Below are positions 9,951 through 19,981 of a stretch of DNA of 64,000 nucleotides, one piece after another. The notes below the pieces were generated by a model. It saw only the letters and a program-made list of their open reading frames with translations. It searched no databases and was not told the origin of the DNA. The translations under genes were made by a program, and so were the position numbers. This DNA is from an uncultured delta proteobacterium (GTDB lineage: Bacteria; Desulfobacterota; Desulfomonilia; Desulfomonilales; Desulfomonilaceae). Within the stretch, counting starts at the first letter, position 1. Each line of letters begins with the position of its first letter. The stretch spans positions 1,568,001 to 1,632,000 of the forward strand of contig CAWBKB010000001.1 of the NCBI GenBank assembly GCA_963789265.1, given 5' to 3'.

Positions 9951-11216
9951 GTGAAAATACTGGTTATAAACGGCGGCAGCTCATCTCTGAAATACACGCT
10001 TTTTGACATGATTGACGAGAGCGTCCTTTTCGAAGGAATAGTCGACAGGGTAGGGCTTCCAGGCAGCAGCCATTCCTTCAGTTGGGGAGACAAGAGCAAG
10101 CCGGAGACAGTTAAAGAGGTCCCGATCGGCGATCAGGGTCAGGCGCTGGATGAAATGCTCGCGACCCTCGCCCCCGGTCCCTTGAATTCCCTTGAGGAGC
10201 TTGCCGCGGTAGCTCATCGCGTGGGGCACGGCGGAAAATATCGAGATGCGGTGAGAATCGACCCGCACGTGATCTCCGAGATCAGGCGCATGACACCCAT
10301 GATCCCGATTCACCACCCCGCCATGATCAAAGAAATAGAAGAATGCCGGGCTCGCATGCCTCATGCGGTGCATGTTGCGGTGTTCGACTCCTGGTTTCAC
10401 TGGTCGATCCCTGATGAAGCCGCAATCTATGGTTTGCCCTACCGGTATTTCGCGGAGAAAGGGTACCGCCGAACAGGATTTCACGGGAATTCGCACGCGT
10501 ACAATTCGGAAAAGGGCGCGGAATTTGTGGGCCGGCTGTTGGAAGAACTCAAGATCATATCTTGCCATTTGGGTAACGGCGCGAGCGTCTGTGCGATTGA
10601 GCGCGGCAGATCCATAGATACTACTCTCGGGATGACCTCTGTAGAGGGGCTCATCATGGGCACGCGATCCGGTGACGTAGATCCGGGGCTCATACCTGTG
10701 ATCATGAAAGAGGATTCTCTAACTCCGGATCAAATGGTCAGGATGCTATACACCGAGTCCGGGCTGCTTGGGATCAGCGGCATAAGCCGTGACATGCGTG
10801 AAATCGAGCAGGCGGCCGCGGGGAACCCCAGGGCCGCGCTCGCGGTGAATGCTTTCTGCTATAAGGTGAAACGTGCCATAGGTGCGATGCTTATGGTCCT
10901 CGGCGGGTGTGATGTATTGATCTTCGCGGGCGGAATCGGCGTTAACAGCCCCACGGTCAGATCGAAGGCGCTCGCGGGAACAGCCGGTCTCGGCTTTGTG
11001 ATAGACCAGGAGAAGAACAGCGGTCCGGAAAGAGCCACCGAAGAGCATCCAGTTGTGGAGATCTCCGCTGCATCTTCTAAGGTGCGCATCCTTGTGATCC
11101 GAACCTTCGAAGAGCTTATAATGGCTCGCCAGTGTATGAAGGTGGTGCGAGGGGAGGGAAGTGCTGCTATAGGAACTGCCCCCACAGCCCATGAGGAGCA
11201 ACGCCAGCCGAAATGA
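9951..11216 (+). CDS. ackA: Acetate kinase
   Basis: ILVINGGSSSLKY, HRVGHGG, GFHG, CHLGNGAS, GLIMGTRSGDVDPG, FAGGIG, TFEEL motifs; GTG start with GAGGGG RBS. Confidence 0.93.
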   Translation: MKILVINGGSSSLKYTLFDMIDESVLFEGIVDRVGLPGSSHSFSWGDKSKPETVKEVPIGDQGQALDEMLATLAPGPLNSLEELAAVAHRVGHGGKYRDAVRIDPHVISEIRRMTPMIPIHHPAMIKEIEECRARMPHAVHVAVFDSWFHWSIPDEAAIYGLPYRYFAEKGYRRTGFHGNSHAYNSEKGAEFVGRLLEELKIISCHLGNGASVCAIERGRSIDTTLGMTSVEGLIMGTRSGDVDPGLIPVIMKEDSLTPDQMVRMLYTESGLLGISGISRDMREIEQAAAGNPRAALAVNAFCYKVKRAIGAMLMVLGGCDVLIFAGGIGVNSPTVRSKALAGTAGLGFVIDQEKNSGPERATEEHPVVEISAASSKVRILVIRTFEELIMARQCMKVVRGEGSAAIGTAPTAHEEQRQPK

Positions 11217-11665
11217 TGAAAGCGAAATACAAACACACAAACATCATCGCGCGCGATTGGAACGCACTCGCAGCCTTCTATGAAAAGGTCTTCGGATGCG
11301 TTCGTGTTCCGCCGGAACGCCGCTTGTCCGGTGAATGGTTGGAAAAAGGGACAGGAGTTCCCGCCGCGCGATTCTCGGGTGTGCATCTGCGCTTGCCGGG
11401 TCATGGCAGCAGTGGACCGACCCTGGAGATATACCAGTACTCGGAAAATACGCCCAAGCCGCGGCCGATGGCAAACCGCGAAGGCTTCTCGCACATCGCG
11501 TTCGAAGTCGAAAATGTTGCCGATGCTACGGCGCAAGTCTTGAAACACGGCGGAAGAAAGATCGGTGACGTAACAAGCGCCAGTGTCGAAGGAGTCGGAA
11601 TCCTCACATTCGTCTATCTTGCCGATCCCGAAGGAAATATCATTGAACTTCAGGCATGGGGATGA
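11213..11665 (+). CDS. VOC/glyoxalase family protein
   Basis: HTNII..FYEKVFG, LEIYQY, HIAFEV, YLADPEGNIIEL; ATGA overlap with ackA. Confidence 0.88.
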   Translation: MMKAKYKHTNIIARDWNALAAFYEKVFGCVRVPPERRLSGEWLEKGTGVPAARFSGVHLRLPGHGSSGPTLEIYQYSENTPKPRPMANREGFSHIAFEVENVADATAQVLKHGGRKIGDVTSASVEGVGILTFVYLADPEGNIIELQAWG

Positions 11666-12007
11666 ATCGTCGAACCGCCGAGGGCAGGTGGCGCGGTCAC
11701 TTGCGCACACGAATCCGTGCGTTCATCACGGGAGGGGATCGAGCCTAGGAGCAAGTGCGGAAAACAGCCCCTAGCGGTAATATGCCTGTTTGTCGCCAGC
11801 TTCCTCGTCCGGCTGTACTTTCGTGAACCCAGATCCCTCTGCGATAGATGCTGACTTACTCTTAGCCAGGCCGGCACCAAATGCGATGAACCTGCTGTCG
11901 CGGCGGTCCCAAGATTTGCTCCTTGCGGCAAGCCATTAGAAACAAAGGTAATTTAGCATTTGCGGAGTGCTTCAGACGAAGCGTTGCCTGATCTGCGAAT
12001 ATTCCTC

Positions 12008-12036
12008 TTGACATATATCGTCGCGAGATATATCGT
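12008..12036 (+). promoter_or_regulatory. Sigma70-type promoter overlapped by palindromic operator (likely PadR autoregulation)
   Basis: TTGACA (12008)-17 bp-TATCGT (12031); ATATATC-N7-GATATAT at 12013-12033. Confidence 0.7.
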
Positions 12037-12055
12037 AGTGCCCAAAGGAGCCCCC

Positions 12056-12592
12056 ATGAACGTCCAGTCCATTCTCCTCGGATTCCTCATGAAATACAGC
12101 ATGACCGGCTATGACCTGAAGAAGACATTCTCGATCTCGTTCTCCTTTTTCTCCGGCCTAAGTTACGGCTCCATTTACCCCGCTCTGAAGAAGATGGAGG
12201 ATCAGGGGTTAATTTCCAAACAGATGGAGATCCAGGATGGCGCACCAAATCGTAAGGTCTATACTATTACCGATGCGGGAAGGAAGGCGTTTCTGGAGGC
12301 CCTGAAATTAGCATTCGTCCCCGAAAAACCGAAGAATTCTTTTGCAATGAAGCTCTTCTTCTTTGACTACCTCTCTCCTGCTGAACGAAAGGTCATTGCG
12401 TCCGAGTATCTCAATTCCATAACGCGTTCCTGCGAGCAGTTGGAGTTCGCCCGCCCGCAGATTGAGGCAAAAGCGGACCGATTCCAGTACCTGTGCTTTC
12501 AGTTCGGCGTGCGCTTTTTTCAGGACCTGGCTCGCAATCTCTCCGAGGTGATTGGCGCCCTGGACGACGGGGAGAAAATCAATGAGCGATGA
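12056..12592 (+). CDS. PadR-family transcriptional regulator
   Basis: ILLGFL..MTGYDL..SYGSIYPALKKME..RKVYTITDAGR; AAGGAG RBS before ATG 12056. Confidence 0.92.
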   Translation: MNVQSILLGFLMKYSMTGYDLKKTFSISFSFFSGLSYGSIYPALKKMEDQGLISKQMEIQDGAPNRKVYTITDAGRKAFLEALKLAFVPEKPKNSFAMKLFFFDYLSPAERKVIASEYLNSITRSCEQLEFARPQIEAKADRFQYLCFQFGVRFFQDLARNLSEVIGALDDGEKINER

Positions 12593-14459
12593 ACACATTT
12601 CAGAGAAGGATCGGATGCGGAAACCTACCAGAGCCCAACAGATCTTTTTGTACATGGGCGCTTTTCCCGCTCTCGTGTTCTTCCAGGTCTGGGCTTCCTC
12701 CGGAAGAGGCACTGGTGGATTGTTCACCGTCGCGTGCGCCATGCTTATCTATTGCGTCTTTGTCGTGGCGGTGGCGCGGCGATGGGACAAACCGAGCTAC
12801 TTCGACTGGGCGATTTGCAGCTATTTCTTTGTGCTTGCAATTTGCCTGGCCCTCTGGCCGAAAGCAGTGGGGTCTATAGCTACCGAATACGCGGTAACAG
12901 GCATCTACATCTGTCTATTCGCTGCCGCGTTCGTTCCCCCAATCCTTGGATTCGAGCCCTTCACCTACCACTACGCCAAGAAATCCACCCCGCCGGAGCT
13001 GTGGGCCAATCCCGTTTTCATAACCATCAATCGAATCATGACCTTTGCCTGGGCCGGGATCTTCGCAATTTGCACGTTATTGAGCCTTTATCCGTCATTC
13101 ACAACACAAGCGTTAATCCCCATAGCCCTCAACCTCGTAATCGGCGTACCGTTCAATATCCGTTTTCCGGACTATTACCTCAAGCGGCTCGGCTTGCCCT
13201 CACGGGCTGAAATGCAAAAATCACGGCTTTCCGGTACACGTGAGATTGCCTCTACGGTGGATAGCAGCACAATCCCGCGGTCAGCCGTTACGTCCCTTGA
13301 ACCGATTCGTTCGAATTTCTCTCCGGAGTCGCACCCGGGGGAACTAAAACCGGCTGTTCGGCCACAACCGCAAAAGGAGGGCATTATGAAAGTCATAGCC
13401 ATTAATTCCAGTCCAAGAAGCGAAGGAACCAGCAAGACCAGGATGCTGCTTGACCCGCTCGTTAAAGGGATGCGAGACGCGGGAGCAGAAGTTGAGATTA
13501 TTCATCTGCGTGACAAGAAGATCAAGAATTGCATTGGCTGCTACACTTGCTGGACCAAGACTCCGGGGGTGTGCGTCCAGCAGGACGACATGACCAACGA
13601 ATTGTTTCCGAAGTGGCTGGCGGCCGACCTGGCTATTTACGCCACACCTTTGTACCATTTTACGGTTAACGCGGCTATGAAGACTGTCATCGAGCGGACT
13701 CTCCCCATTGTTCAGCCTTTTTTTGAACGACATGAATCGTGGACATCCCACCCGTTGCGTCAACCCTTTCCCAAGACCGTATTTTTGTCTGTCGCCGGCT
13801 TCCCGGAAGCATCCGTCTTTGCTCAGCTCACTTCGTACGTGAAGTTTCTGTTCCGTGATAGACTTGTGGCCGAGATTTACCGACCGGCGGCGGAAATGGT
13901 GATGACGTTGCCGCAAATGGCTGACGTGAAGAAGGATGTTCTTGAAGCAACAGAGCAGGGCGGCCGGGAATTGGTTCAGTCCATGAAGATATCCCCGGAG
14001 ACGATGGAGCGGATCACTCAGCCCGTCAATGTTGATTTCGACACTGTAGCCAAGATGGCCAATGCGTTTTGGAAGACCTGCATCGCGGAGAAGTTGACGC
14101 CTGCCGAGTTTCAAAAAAGGAATCTAACCCCACGCCCTGATTCTCTCGACACTTTCATGATAATCATGCCGATGGCGTTTAACCCTGATGCTGCGGGTGA
14201 CATGAAGGCTATCCTTCAGTTCAATTTTTCTGGAGAAGTAACCGGCTCGTGCTATTTCAAAATAGAAAAGGGCAAGCTCGAAGCGAAAGAGGGACATTCA
14301 GAAAAACCGGACTTGACCGTTGATTCGCCGTTTGAAGTTTGGATGGACATCATAACCGGGAAAGCCGACGGCCAACAGATGTTCATGCAGCAAAAATACA
14401 AGACTTCCGGTGACCTGTCTCTATTGATGCGTCTGAAAGATCTCTTCAGCAACCGGTAA
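12582..14459 (+). CDS. Membrane domain + NADPH-dependent FMN reductase/iron-sulfur flavoprotein domain + SCP2 lipid-binding domain
   Basis: Multiple TM segments; AINSSPR, CIGCYTCW..CVQQDDM, ATPLY; C-terminal AFNPDAAG..LQF..DLTV..GKADGQQMFM SCP2 pattern. Confidence 0.8.
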   Translation: MSDEHISEKDRMRKPTRAQQIFLYMGAFPALVFFQVWASSGRGTGGLFTVACAMLIYCVFVVAVARRWDKPSYFDWAICSYFFVLAICLALWPKAVGSIATEYAVTGIYICLFAAAFVPPILGFEPFTYHYAKKSTPPELWANPVFITINRIMTFAWAGIFAICTLLSLYPSFTTQALIPIALNLVIGVPFNIRFPDYYLKRLGLPSRAEMQKSRLSGTREIASTVDSSTIPRSAVTSLEPIRSNFSPESHPGELKPAVRPQPQKEGIMKVIAINSSPRSEGTSKTRMLLDPLVKGMRDAGAEVEIIHLRDKKIKNCIGCYTCWTKTPGVCVQQDDMTNELFPKWLAADLAIYATPLYHFTVNAAMKTVIERTLPIVQPFFERHESWTSHPLRQPFPKTVFLSVAGFPEASVFAQLTSYVKFLFRDRLVAEIYRPAAEMVMTLPQMADVKKDVLEATEQGGRELVQSMKISPETMERITQPVNVDFDTVAKMANAFWKTCIAEKLTPAEFQKRNLTPRPDSLDTFMIIMPMAFNPDAAGDMKAILQFNFSGEVTGSCYFKIEKGKLEAKEGHSEKPDLTVDSPFEVWMDIITGKADGQQMFMQQKYKTSGDLSLLMRLKDLFSNR

Positions 14460-14618
14460 AGGTAAAGTTGAACACTTTTTGCCGATCAGTTCCGCCGTGC
14501 GCTGAGAATCCACGGCGGAACAGTTCGATCGTGAGCATTCACTAACGTGGAGAACCGGCATTGCGAGTCCCGCGGGAACGCGGAAAAGCAATCTTTTCCC
14601 CTGATAGCTTAGATTGCC

Positions 14619-14684
14619 GTGGGGCGGACTTTCCAGTCCGCCGAATCTAAGACTATAAACCGCAGACTGGAAAGTCTGCGCCAC
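14619..14684. repeat. REP-like doublet
   Basis: GTGGGGCGGACTTTCCAGTCCGC ... GCAGACTGGAAAGTCTGCGCCAC inverted pair. Confidence 0.7.
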
Positions 14685-14896
14685 GAGCTAGATAGAAAGA
14701 AATGTAATCTGATCCGTTGGGCGGGGACGGGCATCTGAGACTGTCTCAAAATCAAACCATGAACGAAATTCGTAGCACGATGCTCCCTTTTCCCGGCAAT
14801 CCCGCGTTCCGCGCGGGACCGGGCTACTATCTGCGGTCCCTCAGGGACGCTTGCATTTAGCCCCATCGGGGCGATAGAAAGTAGCCCGGCGCTTCA

Positions 14897-16572
14897 GAAA
14901 CTGTCTCAAAAGTCGATTTTGGGCTCGCGATTCTCAACCGATTCTACTAATGAGATGTGAAAAGAGAATCGGAGAGGGAAAGGATTATGCCGCAAATCAG
15001 AGCCGACTACAAGCAGGTGTTTCTGCTTCCGCCCGCTATAGATGACTGGATAGGGCCTGATCATCCAGCGCGCTTCATAGGAGACTTTGTGGATTCCTTG
15101 GATTTGGAGGTGCTGGGTTTTCGAGTTCCGAATGGCGAAACGGGCCGTCCTCCCTATAGTACCGATCTTTTGTTGAAGGCATGGCTCTACGGCTATTTCA
15201 GCAGAATCAGGTCATCGCGCAAGCTTGAGAAGGCATGCATGGAGAACATGGGATTGATTTGGCTGACGGGTATGAATGCAGCGGATCATAATACCCTGTG
15301 GCGATTCTGGAGGGACAACAAGAAGGTTTTCAAGGGAATATTCAAACAATCGGTTCAAGTGGCAGTCAAAGCCGAGTTGATAGGTATGGCGGTTCATGCA
15401 TTGGATGGAACCAAGATCCCTGTCGGATCATCTCGGGAGAAGTTCAAGAACCAAGATCAGTTGGAGCGGATGCTTGAGAATTTGGACAAGTGCGTTGCCG
15501 ACGTCATGACGGAGACAGAGAGGTGCGAGCAAGAGGAGGGTGGCGAATGGCGTCTTCCCGAAGCCCTGCAGGACGAGTTGAAACGCAAGGAGCGGATACA
15601 GAAGGCCTTGCAGGAATTGGATAAGACTGACAAGAAGGTCGTCCATCCCTGCGAGCCGGATGCCCGGTACATGAAGAACCGGCGGTCTACTGAGCCCTCT
15701 TACAATGCTCAAGCGGTGGCAGACCAACAAAGCGGCATGATTGTGGCTGAGGAAGTGGTCGACGAAGGCAATGACAATGGGCAGCTTGTTCCCATGCTGG
15801 ATCGAGTTCAGGAAAATTTGGGCGCAACCGCAGAGGAAACCGTGGCGGACGCAGGATACTTCGCATCGGCTCAAATCGCGTTGGCCGAAGAGAAGGAGTA
15901 CGAGGTCTTGGTCGCCAAGTCGTCGGGAGAGTCCGCTGCGGAAAAAGGCGCTCAATGGGACCCTTATCACGCTTCCCAGTTCGTCTACGACCAAGAGCGA
16001 GACGTCTGTATTTGTCCGCAAGGCGCATCGCTGAACTTTCTTCAGAAGAAAGTCACAGGAAAAAACGGAAACGAGATCCGGCGGTATCGATGCCGGGACT
16101 ACTTGACGTGTCCTGAACGGTGGAAGTGCAGCAAGAGCAAGAATGGCCGTCTCATAGACATTAACATCTATCGTGACGCAGTTGAGCGCCACCGCAAGAA
16201 ACGGGAGGTCCCGGAAAGCAAGACGCTACTCCGAGCCCGCAAGGTGATCATTGAGCCGGTCTTTGCATGGATAAAGAGCCACTTGGACTTTAGACGGTGG
16301 ACCGTGTCCGGATTATCCAATGCGAGGGCTCAATGGTCTTTGATGTGCGCCACCTTGAATCTCAAGAAGCTCTACAGCCATTGGCTGACGGGGCGTCTGG
16401 TGCTAACCGCGGCCTAAGACATCAGGACGGAGAGTGACTCATGGCTGCCTGAGGCATACTCATAGCCGGCCCCGGCTCGTCGGAGACAAGGGAGGCCAAG
16501 GTGCGAGATTAACCGCACCCTACCACCCCGAGAGTCGTCATCGTGCCACTACAACCGTTTTGAGACACTCTC
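14897..16572 (+). mobile_element. IS1182-family insertion sequence, copy 1 (1676 bp)
   Basis: IRs GAAACTGTCTCAAAA / TTTTGAGACACTCTC; TTCA duplicated in loop of CCCGGCGC-TTCA-GCGCCGGG hairpin. Confidence 0.92.
14987..16417 (+). CDS. IS1182-family transposase
   Basis: LLPPAIDDWIGPDHPARFI, GRPPY, SSRKLEK, LDGTKI, YNAQAVAD, ADAGY, ICPQG, IEPVFAWIK motifs. Confidence 0.93.
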   Translation: MPQIRADYKQVFLLPPAIDDWIGPDHPARFIGDFVDSLDLEVLGFRVPNGETGRPPYSTDLLLKAWLYGYFSRIRSSRKLEKACMENMGLIWLTGMNAADHNTLWRFWRDNKKVFKGIFKQSVQVAVKAELIGMAVHALDGTKIPVGSSREKFKNQDQLERMLENLDKCVADVMTETERCEQEEGGEWRLPEALQDELKRKERIQKALQELDKTDKKVVHPCEPDARYMKNRRSTEPSYNAQAVADQQSGMIVAEEVVDEGNDNGQLVPMLDRVQENLGATAEETVADAGYFASAQIALAEEKEYEVLVAKSSGESAAEKGAQWDPYHASQFVYDQERDVCICPQGASLNFLQKKVTGKNGNEIRRYRCRDYLTCPERWKCSKSKNGRLIDINIYRDAVERHRKKREVPESKTLLRARKVIIEPVFAWIKSHLDFRRWTVSGLSNARAQWSLMCATLNLKKLYSHWLTGRLVLTAA

Positions 16573-16825
16573 TTCAGCGCCGGGCTTGACATCGTGGCGC
16601 GATTCTGAGCATCAAGATCGTTTTGAGACAGTTTCATCTTGCCGGACTATGAGCGACAGGCTGGACTGTCCCACTACATGCTCACTGCAATGAAAAGGGT
16701 GAGAAGATTCCCCAGGTAGGTGAATGCATGCTGCTGTACCCGCTCCCAAAGTGAAGAAATAGCGAATCTTGATGCAACAAACTTTAGCAGGGGGGAGCAC
16801 GTCGCTCCGCGTAAGGAGATGGCTA

Positions 16826-17827
16826 ATGAATAAAGTGATTCTGTTCGCGTTTCTCTTTGTTCTGGTATCGGCGGCGATTTATTTTGGAATTGCCGCAGCG
16901 CTCATTATGTGTGGCGCACCTCAAAAGCAATCGTCCGATCAGGGTGGTCTTGCTTACAAAGAAATGTTTCTTGATTACTCAAGAATACCTCCGTTGAAAA
17001 CTTTTGTCGCGAGAGATGGACAACTGCTGGAGTATCGTTACTATGGGGCTCAATCAGACAAGGTGCTTATTCTGTTACATGGTGCCTGTTGGCACAGCCA
17101 GTATTTTCTGCCGTTGGCAGAGTTCATCAGCTCTGAAGGCTTGGCGAAAGTCTATACTCCGGATTTACGCGGGCACGGGAGGGCGCCGAAAAGACGAGGC
17201 GATGTAGACTATATCGGCCAGTTGGAAGACGATCTGGCAGCCCTCATTTCCATGATTCGAAAGGATAATCCGCATGCAATGCTAATCGTGGGCGGCCACT
17301 CTTCGGGAGGCGGGCTGGCGATACGTTTTGCGGGAAGCCGGTACGGGAAGCAGGCGGATGCCTACTTATTATTGTCGCCGTACCTTCGATATGACGCGCC
17401 TACGGCTCGCCCGAAGCCTGTAAACTTTGCCCATCCCTACATCAAACGCATTATTGGGTTGACCATGTTAAATAACGTCGGCATTCGCTGGTTCAATTAT
17501 TTGACTACCGTCGATTTCGACATGCCGAAAGAGGCCCGAAACGGGACCGAAACCTTGTCGTACTCTTATCGACTCAACACGTCGTACGCACCCCGCGATT
17601 ACAAAAGAGATCTCGGGGCGATACACCAACCTTTGTTGGTAGTCGCCGGCACATCGGATGAACTCTTTTTGGCAGAGCGATATGAACCGGTAATTTCGCA
17701 AGAGACCAAAGTAAAGGTCAAATTATTGAAGGGCGTGACACACTTGGGCGTCGTCGTTAATCCTGGAACTCAGACGGCCATCAAGGAATGGCTGGGCGCT
17801 CTTGGCAGCCCGACTACCATGCGGTAA
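16826..17827 (+). CDS. Alpha/beta hydrolase with N-terminal membrane anchor
   Basis: LLHG, PDLRGHG, GHSSGG nucleophile elbow, C-terminal Asp/His; AAGGAG RBS. Confidence 0.9.
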   Translation: MNKVILFAFLFVLVSAAIYFGIAAALIMCGAPQKQSSDQGGLAYKEMFLDYSRIPPLKTFVARDGQLLEYRYYGAQSDKVLILLHGACWHSQYFLPLAEFISSEGLAKVYTPDLRGHGRAPKRRGDVDYIGQLEDDLAALISMIRKDNPHAMLIVGGHSSGGGLAIRFAGSRYGKQADAYLLLSPYLRYDAPTARPKPVNFAHPYIKRIIGLTMLNNVGIRWFNYLTTVDFDMPKEARNGTETLSYSYRLNTSYAPRDYKRDLGAIHQPLLVVAGTSDELFLAERYEPVISQETKVKVKLLKGVTHLGVVVNPGTQTAIKEWLGALGSPTTMR

Positions 17828-17971
17828 GCGAACCGGACTGCCTTGCTCACGAATGAACTGCAAATGATGCGGTTTCCCCGACGTCCTGCGGGGTCACCGC
17901 ATCCAAGGGGAACTCAAGTTCGTCGCTTGTACGCCGGCGGTTGATTATAGAGAAATCCAGAAAAACCGAGT

Positions 17972-18757
17972 TCAGTCCTCCTGCACGATAGCCACAGGAC
18001 GAACCCAGCCCGCACTGGCACCCTTGATCTTCACAGGAAAGCAACAGACCGTGAAACCTTTTGAAACCCCGATGGCTGAAAGATTTGACATCTTTTCCAT
18101 GTGGCAGTACCCGATTTCAATCCCGGCAAAATGAGCTTCCCAGATAACTTTAGGATCACCGTTTTGTTGAAATTCTTGGGCCTGAAAGGGTAGGGGACGG
18201 TCCCAACTCCACGCGTCGATCCCCACAACCCTGACCCCGCGTTCTGTGAGATATAGAGTGCTCTCTCTGCACATCCCCGCACCCTTAAGCAGATATTCCG
18301 CGCTTCCCCATGCGGCATCCGCGCCGGTCTGGATGAGCACTATATCCAATGGTTTGATCTGATATTGAATTCTGTCCAGCTCTCTTTCGAGATCTTTCAC
18401 AGTGATTCGATCTCCGTCCTCTTTGTGGCGAAAATCCAGGACGACGCCGTCCCCGAAACACCATTCCAAAGGAACCTCATCTATGGTCAGCGCTTGTAGT
18501 CCTTTATTCATAGTCGGATGATAATGGTAAGGTGCATCTAAATGTGTGCCACTGTGCGTTGTGAGGGTTACGTACTCGACCGCCCATCCGAGGCCTCCAG
18601 GCAATTGATCCGTGCGGACCCCTGGGAAAAAAGCCTTCATTTGTTCCGCGCCCTGAGAGTGGTCCAGATAGTCGATTTTGGGGATCATCATTGGCGGATC
18701 GCTTGGGATACCTGATTCGATAGCAATGCTGAGGTCGATGATACGCTTACGTTTCAT
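17972..18757 (-). CDS. Cyclase-family (kynurenine formamidase-like) metal hydrolase
   Basis: IIDLS, HSGTHLDAPYH, VGIDAWSWD, HMEKMSNL motifs. Confidence 0.9.
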   Translation of the reverse strand: MKRKRIIDLSIAIESGIPSDPPMMIPKIDYLDHSQGAEQMKAFFPGVRTDQLPGGLGWAVEYVTLTTHSGTHLDAPYHYHPTMNKGLQALTIDEVPLEWCFGDGVVLDFRHKEDGDRITVKDLERELDRIQYQIKPLDIVLIQTGADAAWGSAEYLLKGAGMCRESTLYLTERGVRVVGIDAWSWDRPLPFQAQEFQQNGDPKVIWEAHFAGIEIGYCHMEKMSNLSAIGVSKGFTVCCFPVKIKGASAGWVRPVAIVQED

Positions 18758-18777
18758 TGGCAATCTGTTCCTTTTCT

Positions 18778-19872
18778 TCAGCGTCTGAAAAACGCCACGA
18801 AATCTTTCGGATAACTCCGTTTCAAGTATCGGTTAACTGTGCTCTTGTCCTGAAATGGAGCTAGTCTGTCTGTCTTGACGATTTTGCTGCTGCTGTCGGT
18901 GAAATAGAGAATACCTACAGCGTTGCCGGGATTGGCATCTCCGTGGATTGCCCGGACGCACCCGGCGAGGACCAGGGCCTTAGCGAGATCGATTGTGTCG
19001 ATATGATAGCCTACGGCAAAAACCAGGTTGCCGTCGGGCCGTATTCCGAACGCGCTGCGTGTGGCCAAAAACCAAAGGTCCCCTGATGTAAAATTAAGTT
19101 TATATGTCGGTTTCTCTCCGGGAGCACTAGCCGGCACAGCGATCACCGGGCGATCCTCGTCAAGCAGGGAACCGAGCCCGATCTCCGCGGATACAATGTG
19201 ACCCCTTTTCACCCTGGTAGTCACTATCTTGCCGCCTTTTGCTATCAGATGCTGTAGCTGGCGCGCGTCCTGAACTTCCGATACCGGTATCTTGTCGCTC
19301 CATTCAACTACATCGGCCTTCTCATTCTTATAGAAAACTAAGGTTGCAACTCCGGGCGCCATCTTCTTGAGAACTTTACCACGGAAGATTATTCCACCCG
19401 GCCCCGAGTGCCTGGTTGGCCAAAGTGCATTGGTGACGCACACAAGTTGGGATTGAATTGACTTTTCAATGCTGGAAGGGGAATCTCCTTTGTATGGTTC
19501 AGCAGAACCAAGATACATTTTGGCGGAGACATGGTGCATATTGATAACCATCATATAAACTATGGCGGTGGGAAAGCGTACACTCGGGCGATAGAATGTG
19601 CGATAGATGAGAGCGGCTTGATCGTGACCTCCGGACATGTCTTGCTTCACCCAAATGCCTTCACCCCGCATTTTGGGCTCGCTATATAGCGGGACGATGT
19701 TCTTCAAAGCGATCGTTGGAGCGTCAATCGGTGAGAGATTAGCCGACGGCGCGACGTTCCGCGAGAAAGAAGTTTTCGGATCCTTTATTCCGGGGTCTCC
19801 AGCCGCACAAGTGTAACAGACAGAAAAGGAAACAAGGACAATTACCCCCAGCCGGAAAAGATGTCTGATCAC
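18778..19872 (-). CDS. Exported protein, phosphodiester-glycosidase-like
   Basis: Signal peptide; TRSAFGIRPDGNLVF..LAKALVLAGCVRAIHGD pattern. Confidence 0.55.
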   Translation of the reverse strand: MIRHLFRLGVIVLVSFSVCYTCAAGDPGIKDPKTSFSRNVAPSANLSPIDAPTIALKNIVPLYSEPKMRGEGIWVKQDMSGGHDQAALIYRTFYRPSVRFPTAIVYMMVINMHHVSAKMYLGSAEPYKGDSPSSIEKSIQSQLVCVTNALWPTRHSGPGGIIFRGKVLKKMAPGVATLVFYKNEKADVVEWSDKIPVSEVQDARQLQHLIAKGGKIVTTRVKRGHIVSAEIGLGSLLDEDRPVIAVPASAPGEKPTYKLNFTSGDLWFLATRSAFGIRPDGNLVFAVGYHIDTIDLAKALVLAGCVRAIHGDANPGNAVGILYFTDSSSKIVKTDRLAPFQDKSTVNRYLKRSYPKDFVAFFRR

Positions 19873-19981
19873 CGCAACCTATCCTCCACTAAATGCCCTT
19901 ATGTGCCCGAATCCGGACATATTCGGTTGAATGACCGAATCTTAAGTCATTTTCGAGCATACGCCACCCTGGATACCACGG

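Larger units (their letters stand above)
14737..16635. mobile_element. MITE/cassette with IS1182-type ends containing a nested IS1182 element
   Basis: Ends GAGACTGTCTCAAAA / TTTTGAGACAGTTTC; ATCT duplicated at 14733-14736 and 16636-16639. Confidence 0.85.

Noticed and set aside
15428..16192. 254-aa antisense ORF in both IS copies, and other long shadow ORFs (e.g. 13344-14114, 44399-45151)
   Set aside because: Antisense to well-supported genes with no recognisable motifs; duplicated only because the IS is duplicated
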